Source: Kiritimatiellia bacterium | Lineage (GTDB): Bacteria; Verrucomicrobiota; Kiritimatiellia; RFP12; UBA1067 | Direction: 5' to 3' | DNA length: 64,000 bases | Assembly (NCBI GenBank): GCA_050949565.1 | Contig: JBMNFY010000017.1 | Span: 1,856,001 to 1,920,000, forward strand | Shown: in pieces, positions 45,421 to 53,730 of the stretch | Position numbering within the stretch: the first letter of the stretch is position 1 | Layout of the letters: each line of letters starts with the position of its first letter | The notes under the pieces: model-generated | Databases searched by the model: none | What the model was told of the DNA's origin: nothing | The model's input: only the letters and a program-made list of their open reading frames with translations | Translations under genes and position numbers: made by a program

Positions 45421-46647
45421 TTACTGAACGGCATTTTGCTGGATGTTGATCGCGTCGCCACGGTTGCCGACATCACGCCAGGCCGCCGTGTCGAAATTGA
45501 CCTTGATACCTTTGCGCATCACCGCCTCGGCATAGCCGATGGCCACCGCCGCACGAAATCCCTCCAACGAACGGTAGCGCTGCAAACCAGCGTCCGACAG
45601 CTCCAACGCCACGCGGAAGGTCGCGCCGGGTTGGATGTTGACCGTCTGCTGCCACGGCTGCATCCACTGGCGCGTTACGCGCATCTGATGCAAGCCCGGT
45701 GTCGCCTTGAAAGTCCCGGGGGACGAGCCTACCGTCGCACCGTCGATCTCCACCGTCACGCCGCCGACCAGCCGCCGCATTTCGTCAAGCAATTCGTTCG
45801 ATGCGCGCACGCCGCTCTCAAGACCCTGAATCAGCTCGTCGACAGTCGTGGAGACGCTGAACTCGACCATCGTCGTGTCGACAGCCGGACCGCGACGCCA
45901 CGTCGGCGCCTTCTGGGCAATCTCCTCGCCGGTCGCAGTCGCCCACTGGTCAAACAGGTCGTTGTAGTAGTTGAGGGCGTCGCCGCCGTCGGTATATTGT
46001 CCGGGCACCGGCAACTTGTTGGTCCAGTTTGAACCGTAAACCGATGATCCTTGCGCCGCCTCGTTGACCTTGGTGCTCATGCGCAGCGTAAAGACGGTCA
46101 CCTGCCGGTCACCGGCGGTCCGGGCGGTATGGCTGGCGCCGATGATCGACACCAGCATGATGTAATCGCAGCCCAACATCTGTGCGACGCGCACAGTCGA
46201 GCCGCCCGTGAAGATGCCCTCGACCAGACCGGAGCGCTCTTCGGCCGTCGTGATCTTGAAACGGTTGAAGCCGTCCGCGATCTCCGCCTTATCCAGCACG
46301 ATCAAGCCGGCGCCGGCCAACTCGGCTGAAATACGATCACGTACGCCGTCCACCTCGTCATCCATACCCGCCACGCGCGTCTGGTTCTTGACGAAGATCG
46401 CGATCTTGGGGTTGACCGGCTGCGGCCGCGGCGCGAGCACCGCCCGCTTCACCACGTCCGCCTCGACGGCCACGACATCCAAGCCAGGGTTGGCTTCCTG
46501 CACCTTGGCCTTGAACGCCTTCAATTCAGCCGAGGAGTTAGGATCCAGTTTTTCAGCTTCGGTCACCACCTGCGCCCGCGATCCTGCGGCAGCACAGAGA
46601 ATCAGCGCCAGACTTACAGCCCAGCGTACACTTTTTTTCACAGTCAT
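45421..46647 (-). CDS. Exported protein with a CsgG/FlgT-like alpha/beta domain and a C-terminal PEGA-like domain
   Basis: Signal peptide; RVAQMLGCDYIMLVSI; VTVEIDGATVGSSPG..ATPGLHQMRVTRQWMQPWQQTV. Confidence 0.6.
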   Translation of the reverse strand: MTVKKSVRWAVSLALILCAAAGSRAQVVTEAEKLDPNSSAELKAFKAKVQEANPGLDVVAVEADVVKRAVLAPRPQPVNPKIAIFVKNQTRVAGMDDEVDGVRDRISAELAGAGLIVLDKAEIADGFNRFKITTAEERSGLVEGIFTGGSTVRVAQMLGCDYIMLVSIIGASHTARTAGDRQVTVFTLRMSTKVNEAAQGSSVYGSNWTNKLPVPGQYTDGGDALNYYNDLFDQWATATGEEIAQKAPTWRRGPAVDTTMVEFSVSTTVDELIQGLESGVRASNELLDEMRRLVGGVTVEIDGATVGSSPGTFKATPGLHQMRVTRQWMQPWQQTVNIQPGATFRVALELSDAGLQRYRSLEGFRAAVAIGYAEAVMRKGIKVNFDTAAWRDVGNRGDAINIQQNAVQ

Positions 46648-46662
46648 GAAAAATCCTCCGGT

Positions 46663-47289
46663 TTAGAAGTAACAGTTGATGATTGGCAGGAAAGGGACGT
46701 CCTTGTTTTGGATCACATTGACCACGCCGATCTGAAAACCGATCATTTCGCGCGCGATGTTGATCACGCCGATCTGGCAGCCCTTGATAAAATCAGAACC
46801 GTTGAAAACGCCGATCTGCAACGCCTGCGCCGTGGATTGCGGTTTCGCCGCGCCATAGTTGACCGCACCGATCTGCCAGCCGTCGTAAGAGCCGGAGACA
46901 TAGTTCACCGGCGCAATCTGCAGGCCCAGCCCCTCGCCGTCCACGATATTGGCGAGCAGTGCCACCTGCAAGCCGTTGCCGTGTCCCCGTGCCCGCCCGA
47001 CCGTACTGATATCGAAGCCGTCGAAATTCTGGCACTCGCCATAGATCGCGTTGATCCGCAGTCCGCCGACATCGAAGTTGCTGGACGGCACCTGCAGCGG
47101 CGTCACGATGCTGAACATAAAGGGCGTGTACGGATACACGGAGGTGTCTACATCCGCTGTGGGTGCGGCCGCCGCCGTAGCCGCAGACGAAGACGAAGAC
47201 GAAGACCTGATCAACGTTGACGTCTGCTGCGCTAACGCCGCGCCGCCGACCGTGATCCCTAACATCCATACGATGAACTGTCTTTTCAT
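46663..47289 (-). CDS. LA_2272-like surface repeat protein
   Basis: Repeated G[LW]Q[IV]G..N units (NGLQVALLAN, GLQIAPVN, GWQIGAVN, GCQIGVIN, GFQIGVVN); ends FLPIINCYF; signal peptide. Confidence 0.7.
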   Translation of the reverse strand: MKRQFIVWMLGITVGGAALAQQTSTLIRSSSSSSSAATAAAAPTADVDTSVYPYTPFMFSIVTPLQVPSSNFDVGGLRINAIYGECQNFDGFDISTVGRARGHGNGLQVALLANIVDGEGLGLQIAPVNYVSGSYDGWQIGAVNYGAAKPQSTAQALQIGVFNGSDFIKGCQIGVINIAREMIGFQIGVVNVIQNKDVPFLPIINCYF

Positions 47290-47462
47290 TTTGTGATCTC
47301 CTTTCATATCCGGCACGCGGCCCCGCCGCTCATGCCAAAACCTACCGTTTGATAGTGAGAGTAGTGTACGTGAAAACAACCGCGGGTTCAATTCAGAACT
47401 ATTACCTCTTTCCTGTTTGCCGCTAAACCGCTACCATGCCACGGTGTAATTGAGGAAGAAGC

Positions 47463-49394
47463 ATGAAGCGAATTGCGAGTATGTTGATGGCTGGCGCTTT
47501 GGGCTGGGCCGTTCAGGCCGCGCCGGTCGCAGTGATCCATGGAAATACGGCGGTACCCGCCGGTGAACGGCGTTTCGCGGCGTCGCTGGCGCGGCACGTT
47601 GAGCGCTGGTACCGCGAGGCGGGGGTCGAGGCGACGTTTTCCGATGATACTGACCTCGCTAAAGCTTTGGCGGGCAAGCGCGTCGCCGTGCTGGTCTATC
47701 TGGCGCAGCCGAACACCGCGCAGATGGCGGCATTGACAGCGCATGTGAACCGCGGCGGCAAACTAATCGTCTGCTACTCATCATCCCCCGCCCTGGCCGC
47801 GCTCATGGGCATGCAGACGGTCGGCTACCAAAAAGGCTCTACCGATGGCCGCTGGTCGCTGATGCGCTTCACGGAAGCACGCCCGCGCGGCGTCCCGGAG
47901 TCGATCCTGCAAACTTCGCAGAACCTCTTTCTGGTTCAGCCGCTGCCCGGCCGTTCGCATGTGCTGGCGTGGTGGCACGACCGTCAGGGGCGTAAAACTT
48001 CGGACCCCGCCTGGCTCGCCTCGCCCGGCGGCTACTGGATGACCCATGTGCTGCTGGCGGACGGCGATGCCGAAGCCAAAGGACGCCTGCTGCTGGCGCT
48101 CGCCGCGACCCACGACCCCTCGCTTTGGCAACCGGCGGCATCCAGCGTGTTGCGTCAGGCGCGTCTGATCGGCGGCGGACCCAATACGTTGCTTCAACGC
48201 GCCATGAATCTGCCCGACCTGACGCGGCGCACACGCGCGATCACGGCTACGCAGTCGATGCAGTACGCCGAGGCGGTGGCCCGTCAACGGCTCGCCGCCG
48301 GCCAAGGTTATGAGGCTTGGCTCGCCGCGAATGAACTCAAGTCGCGGATGTACGAGGTGTACGGGCTTTTGCAGGCTCCGCGCCACGGCGAGATCCGCGC
48401 GGTCTGGGATCACTCCGGCATGGGGCTCTATCCCGGCGATTGGCCGCGAACCTGCCAGTTGCTGAAAGATGCGGGCATCACCGACCTCTACGTCAATGTC
48501 GCGGGAGCGGCTTTTGCCCACTACGCCAGCGCCGTGCTGCCGCGTTCGCGCGTCTTCGACGAACAAGGCGACCAACTGGCCGCTTGCCTCGCAGCCGCCC
48601 GGCCGCTGGGGCTGCGGGTACACGCCTGGCTGCTCTGCTTCTCGACCGAGGGCGCCACTCAGGACCGCCTCGCGATCTTCGCCAAGCGCGGCTGGGTACT
48701 GACCCAGCCTGACGGCTCGCCGCGCCCCTGGCTCGACCCCGCCGTACCCGAAGTCCGCGCCTACCTCGATGCGGCCGTGCGCGAATTGGCGGTAAAATAT
48801 GCGACCCACGGCGTACACCTCGACTTTGTACGCTATCCGGACTTTGCATCGAGCCTCGGTCCGACCGTCAAGACGCGCTTCGAGCGGGCAACCGGCCGCC
48901 GCGCCGCCGATTGGCCCGAGGATGTCAAAAGCGGTCCGCTGCGCCAGCTCTTCATCCGTTGGCGCGCCGAGCAGGTCTCTGACTTTGTGCAGACTGCGCG
49001 CAAGACAGTCCGGCGCGGCGCGCCGGGCAAGCTCGTGACGGCTGCGGTCTTCGGCAAGTATCCCTCCTGCCTCGACGCCGTGGGACAAGACTGGGAGTCT
49101 TGGATCAACATCGGGCTGGTGGACTACGTGACGCCGATGAACTACACCGAGGATATGACCAAGTTCAACGAGTGGCTCGGCCAACAGACACGTACGCGGC
49201 AGCAAGCCCTCAAGGTGGTGCCCGGCATCGGTGTGACCGCCGCCGAAAGCCGGTTGGACGCGGCGCAGGTCATCGACCAGATTCAAGCCGCGCGCCGCGC
49301 GGAGTGTCCCGGCTTCGCGCTCTTCGACCTCGACACCACACTGCGTCAAGACATCCTGCCTATCCTGCGCATGGGCGTTACTGCGCCTAAATAA
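47463..49394 (+). CDS. GHL10/DUF187-type glycoside-hydrolase-like protein
   Basis: EIRAVW, LKDAGITDLYVNV, GLRVHAW, WLDPAVPEVR, GVHLDFVRYP, GQDWESW and DYVTPMNY; signal peptide. Confidence 0.8.
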   Translation: MKRIASMLMAGALGWAVQAAPVAVIHGNTAVPAGERRFAASLARHVERWYREAGVEATFSDDTDLAKALAGKRVAVLVYLAQPNTAQMAALTAHVNRGGKLIVCYSSSPALAALMGMQTVGYQKGSTDGRWSLMRFTEARPRGVPESILQTSQNLFLVQPLPGRSHVLAWWHDRQGRKTSDPAWLASPGGYWMTHVLLADGDAEAKGRLLLALAATHDPSLWQPAASSVLRQARLIGGGPNTLLQRAMNLPDLTRRTRAITATQSMQYAEAVARQRLAAGQGYEAWLAANELKSRMYEVYGLLQAPRHGEIRAVWDHSGMGLYPGDWPRTCQLLKDAGITDLYVNVAGAAFAHYASAVLPRSRVFDEQGDQLAACLAAARPLGLRVHAWLLCFSTEGATQDRLAIFAKRGWVLTQPDGSPRPWLDPAVPEVRAYLDAAVRELAVKYATHGVHLDFVRYPDFASSLGPTVKTRFERATGRRAADWPEDVKSGPLRQLFIRWRAEQVSDFVQTARKTVRRGAPGKLVTAAVFGKYPSCLDAVGQDWESWINIGLVDYVTPMNYTEDMTKFNEWLGQQTRTRQQALKVVPGIGVTAAESRLDAAQVIDQIQAARRAECPGFALFDLDTTLRQDILPILRMGVTAPK

Positions 49395-49398
49395 GTAA

Positions 49399-50598
49399 TC
49401 AGTTTGCGACGAACTGGATGATGCGCGCGGCGTGCCCTCCGGCGCGCGTTTCGCCTGATACCCGCAACGTCAGAGTGTGTGCGCCTTCTGCGGCGTCCAC
49501 TGTGAACATCACCGTGCGCGGATAGTGCAGCCCTTTGCTGTAGGCGTGGTACAGTTCAACCTGCCGGAAGGGGCCGCCGTCGATACTCGCCTCGACGATG
49601 CCTGCGTCGGGGCCGGCCACGACATACGCGCCTACCGCGCGCCCTTCGAACGTCAGCGTGAGTTCCGCGCCGGGCGTTTCGGCACACAGCATCGGCAGCG
49701 CCGTGAAGCGTGCGCGCTTGCTGCCCGGAATCGATTGCCAATCCGGCACGCCCAACGTCCATCCCTGCTTCACCTTCGCCGTCGCCGGATCGATGAAACG
49801 TCCTGCGGCGTAGTTCAGCGGATCAAGCGGCGTCAACGGCACTGGGCGCGGCGTTTTCGCAACCTCTTTGGGCAGAGATGCGGACCATGCGCGGTTGAAG
49901 AGTTCATCAATCATGCGGGCACAGAGGGTGTTGCCCTGTAGCGACGGATGCACGCCCCCGTACTGCTGCCAAGTCAGCGTACCGGCCGTGATTCGCGTCG
50001 CAACCTCTTTGGCCAAGTGGATGGTGGGCACCGCGTACGCCTCAGCCACCGCTGTATGCGCCGCGACCGTCAACGGCGTTTCACCTTTCTGCAGCGTGCT
50101 CAACATGCCTTCGTTGAGAAAGAAGGTCATCACGATATCCATGTCGGGGTACGCCTGCCGCGCGTGGCGGATGATCCCCTCCATACCGCGGATACATGCG
50201 TCGCGCGTATGGTGCGCGTCCTGATCGTCATTCACCGCGAACTCCACGAAGAGCAGATCGACCGGCCCCTGCCCGAGCACATCGGTGCCGAGGCGGAACG
50301 CGCCGGTGGTCGAGCAGGTCGAGGAGATACCGGCGTCGATAAACTTAAACACGGTCTTCGGGAAACGGCGTTGCAAGATTTCGCAGACCAGCGGCCGGTA
50401 GCCGTTCATCTCGGTGATCGAGCCGCCCAGAAACGCCACGGTGCCCCGACCCTCGCGCTCAAAGGCGATGCGCGCGTTCCGAAAGTCACCGCGCAAATGA
50501 ACGTTGTCGCCGAACTCCGCCGCCGTTGCACAGGCCGTGCTCAACACTGCCGCCGCACACATCCCCAAACGCTTTACCATCTGAAACATCGCTTTCAT
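49399..50598 (-). CDS. SGNH/GDSL-family esterase
   Basis: VAFLGGSIT (block I Ser), DAGISSTCS, LLFVEFAVND and GGVHP; probable start MKAMFQ at 50598. Confidence 0.85.
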   Translation of the reverse strand: MKAMFQMVKRLGMCAAAVLSTACATAAEFGDNVHLRGDFRNARIAFEREGRGTVAFLGGSITEMNGYRPLVCEILQRRFPKTVFKFIDAGISSTCSTTGAFRLGTDVLGQGPVDLLFVEFAVNDDQDAHHTRDACIRGMEGIIRHARQAYPDMDIVMTFFLNEGMLSTLQKGETPLTVAAHTAVAEAYAVPTIHLAKEVATRITAGTLTWQQYGGVHPSLQGNTLCARMIDELFNRAWSASLPKEVAKTPRPVPLTPLDPLNYAAGRFIDPATAKVKQGWTLGVPDWQSIPGSKRARFTALPMLCAETPGAELTLTFEGRAVGAYVVAGPDAGIVEASIDGGPFRQVELYHAYSKGLHYPRTVMFTVDAAEGAHTLTLRVSGETRAGGHAARIIQFVAN

Positions 50599-50744
50599 GT
50601 CTCCTCCTGCCGCATATCGTAACAAGCGCGACAAGATGCGGCAAGGTCGGCGATGCGCTGTAACCCATCGACAGGGAGGCGTGGGCATGGTACTCTCATG
50701 CGGTGTTTGGATCATACTGACCGGCCATCCGGGAGAGGGGGAGA

Positions 50745-53594
50745 ATGAAAAATTGGACTTTGGGAGTCGTTTTGCTGATCGCCTGCGGCGCTATGGCCGC
50801 ACCGAAACAAATTTCTGGCATCTACCCGCACCTCACGATGTATAACAATGAGGGCGAGTGCGGTACCGGGGCGGTCGTGCCATGGGCTGACCGGCTGTGG
50901 GTCATCACGTATGGCCCGCATAGCCCGCTGGGCTCCAGCGATAAACTGTATGAGATCACTCCCGCTCTGGAACAGATCATCCGTCCCGAAAGCGTGGGCG
51001 GCACCCACGCGAACCGCATGATCCATCTAGAGAGCCAGCAACTCAACCTCGGCTCCTACTTCATCGACAAGGAGCGCAACGTGCGCGTGATCGCGCCGCG
51101 AGCGATGCCGGGACGCCTGACCGGTAGCGCGCGCCATCTGAGCGACCCGGTCAACAAGCTCTACATCGCCACGATGGAGGAGGGGCTTTACACCGTCGAT
51201 GTCCGCACCCTTGCCGTTGAAGAGCACATCAAGGACGGCAACGGGCAACCGCGTGTCGGCAAGGGCATCGACTCCAAGCTACCGGGCTATCATGGCAAGG
51301 GTCTCTACTCCGGCCAAGGTTTTCTGGTCTACGCCAACAATGGCACGCAAGGCAAAGATGCCATGGCGCGGCCCGACATCCCGGCCGGTGCATTGGGCGT
51401 CTGGCAGGGCGAGGGCGACTGGAAGCTTGTCCGCGAGAACCAGTTCACCGAAGTCTCCGGCCCCGGTGGCATTACCGGCAACCCCAATCCCGACACCGAT
51501 CCGATCTGGTCGATGGGCTGGGACTACCGCTCGCTGATCCTGGTGCTGTTGGAGAACCGTCAGTGGTACGCCTACCGCTTGCCGAAGGGCAGCCACTCCT
51601 ATGACGGCGCGCACGGCTGGAACACCGAGTGGCCGCGCATCCGCGAGATCGGCGAAAAGGATCTGCTGGCGACCATGCATGGCACCTTCTGGCGCTTCCC
51701 GGCCACCTTCTCGCGCCAACGTTCCGCAGGCATCGCCCCGCGCTCCAATTATCTCAAAGTGATCGGTGACTTCGCGCGCTGGAACGACCGCGTGGTCTTC
51801 GGGTGCGATGATTCGGCGCAAAAAGAATTCATGAACGTCCGCCCCTTCAAATCGGCGCGCGGCGCTCCGGTGCAATCCAACTCCAACCTCTGGTTTGTCG
51901 ATCCCGCGCGGATCGACCGCCTCGGGCCGGCCATCGGCCGCGGTTCGGTCTGGCTGCGCGACACGCTCGCCGCCGGTCAGGTGAGTGATCCGTTTCTCTT
52001 CGACGGTTACGACTATCGCATGTTGACCTTCTGCCACGCCAATCCCGAACCGGTGACCTTCACGCTGGAGATCGACCGCGCGGGCAACGGGAGTTGGGAG
52101 AAGTTGCGCAGCTTCACGGTCGACCGTGCGCTCATTCATCTGCCGACCGATGCCGAACGTGGCGCTTGGGTGCGGGTGCGCGTCGATGTCGCCGTCAAAT
52201 CGGCCACCGTACACTTCCACTACCGCAACAAAGACCCGCGTGGTCCGGCCAACGCGCCGATCTTTGACGCTCTCGCCAAGGTCGGCGAAACGTCGCGCAC
52301 ACGCGGCGTGATCCGCAGCAACCGCACCGTGCTGAGCATGCTCGATGATGGTCGCTACTATGAGTTGAACAACCGTTTGGAACTCACCGCGACCGAATCG
52401 ACGACAGGCGCGACACTGGTCGCCGAGGGTGCGCAGCCCGAGAGCGGTATCCGTTTCGATGACGCCTCCCTGATCGTCGTTGAAGATGGTAAAACCTATC
52501 GTCTGCCCAAAAACCCTGCCTATGCGCTACCGCCCGCGTCGGCACCGCAAGACACGCAACGGCCGACCCTTGAGGCGCTGTTGCCACGGAGTCTGGCAAA
52601 AGGTGCCGCGGCCACGGCCAGCTCGGTTCATCAAGCCTATCAAGCGGCCTTTGCCGTCGACGGCGTGTTCGACGACGATTCGCGCTGGATCGGCGTCGGT
52701 CCCGGCAGTTGGCTCGCGCTCGACCTAGGTGCGCCCAAGACGTTCCGCAGTGTCTTCGTGGCTACCGGCTGGAAGCGTGAAACGATCTACGCTGTGCGCG
52801 ATTTCGATGTGCAGGTCAAACGCGGCACGACTTGGCAGACTCTGCCCGGCGGTGAGATCCGTGGCAACGCCGCTACGGTTGTCGGCGTGCGTCTGACTGA
52901 ACCAGTGACCGCGCAAGAGGTACGTGTGCTTATCAAGGACGCAGGATATACGCGTATCTATGAGGTCGCACTTTTCGAAGATCAGCCCGAGTTGCGTGAC
53001 ACTGACGCCTCGCGTCTGACCCACGCTCGCGTCTGTCGCGAGGTTGCGACTGAGCGCGACCTCTTCAACATTCACGGCACCTTCTACGAACTGCCGGCCC
53101 GTAATGCGCAGGGGTTCGCCAAGATCCGTCCGATCGCGACGCACAATCTCGCGATCCACGACTACGCCTCGCACTTCGGCATGCTCTTCCTCACCGGTCT
53201 CCGCGATACGCAAGCCGGCGAACGTGTCTTGGCCAGCGCCGATGGAAAGAGTGCCGTCTGGGCCGGCGTGGTCGACGACTTGTGGCAACTGGGCAAGCCG
53301 CGCGGTGAGGGCGGTGTGTGGGCGCGTACCGCCGTGAAGGCGGGTGTCCCTTCTGATCCCTATCTGATGACCGGCTACGACCAGAAGAGTGTGCGCTTGC
53401 TGAGTACTGCCGATGCCCGCATCACGTTGGAGATCGACATCGACGGCACGGCACTGTGGGTACCTTACCAAACTTTCACGCTCAAGGCCGATGAAGCGCA
53501 GACCCACCGTTTCCCGGAGGGCTTCTCCGCTTACTGGGTACGCGCCGTCAGTTCATCCGACACCACGGCTACCGTACTGTTCTCTTACGAATAA
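50745..53594 (+). CDS. Large secreted hypothetical protein with an inserted F5/8 type C (discoidin/CBM32-like) domain
   Basis: Signal peptide; beta-rich body; insert SLAKGAAATASS..AVDG..DSRW..WLALDLGAPKT..IYEVALF. Confidence 0.7.
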   Translation: MKNWTLGVVLLIACGAMAAPKQISGIYPHLTMYNNEGECGTGAVVPWADRLWVITYGPHSPLGSSDKLYEITPALEQIIRPESVGGTHANRMIHLESQQLNLGSYFIDKERNVRVIAPRAMPGRLTGSARHLSDPVNKLYIATMEEGLYTVDVRTLAVEEHIKDGNGQPRVGKGIDSKLPGYHGKGLYSGQGFLVYANNGTQGKDAMARPDIPAGALGVWQGEGDWKLVRENQFTEVSGPGGITGNPNPDTDPIWSMGWDYRSLILVLLENRQWYAYRLPKGSHSYDGAHGWNTEWPRIREIGEKDLLATMHGTFWRFPATFSRQRSAGIAPRSNYLKVIGDFARWNDRVVFGCDDSAQKEFMNVRPFKSARGAPVQSNSNLWFVDPARIDRLGPAIGRGSVWLRDTLAAGQVSDPFLFDGYDYRMLTFCHANPEPVTFTLEIDRAGNGSWEKLRSFTVDRALIHLPTDAERGAWVRVRVDVAVKSATVHFHYRNKDPRGPANAPIFDALAKVGETSRTRGVIRSNRTVLSMLDDGRYYELNNRLELTATESTTGATLVAEGAQPESGIRFDDASLIVVEDGKTYRLPKNPAYALPPASAPQDTQRPTLEALLPRSLAKGAAATASSVHQAYQAAFAVDGVFDDDSRWIGVGPGSWLALDLGAPKTFRSVFVATGWKRETIYAVRDFDVQVKRGTTWQTLPGGEIRGNAATVVGVRLTEPVTAQEVRVLIKDAGYTRIYEVALFEDQPELRDTDASRLTHARVCREVATERDLFNIHGTFYELPARNAQGFAKIRPIATHNLAIHDYASHFGMLFLTGLRDTQAGERVLASADGKSAVWAGVVDDLWQLGKPRGEGGVWARTAVKAGVPSDPYLMTGYDQKSVRLLSTADARITLEIDIDGTALWVPYQTFTLKADEAQTHRFPEGFSAYWVRAVSSSDTTATVLFSYE

Positions 53595-53617
53595 ATGCCA
53601 TAAACACCAAACACAAG

Positions 53618-53718
53618 GAGACTCTTGCAAAACCCCTCGTGACATGGGCGTCTCGCCCATGAAACACGGGCAAGATGCCCGTGCCACACCTGCAAACAAA
53701 GGGTTTTACAAGAGTCTT
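53618..53718. mobile_element. 101-bp MITE with REP doublet (inverted copy of 42668-42768); ACAAG target duplication
   Basis: TIRs gagactcttgcaaaacccc/gggttttacaagagtctt; ACAAG at 53613-53617 and 53719-53723. Confidence 0.85.
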
Positions 53719-53730
53719 ACAAGGTCAACT

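Noticed and set aside
53413-53730. 106-aa N-terminal extension of the heparinase-like ORF
   Set aside because: It overlaps the upstream gene and reads through the MITE; the signal peptide starts at ATG 53731.
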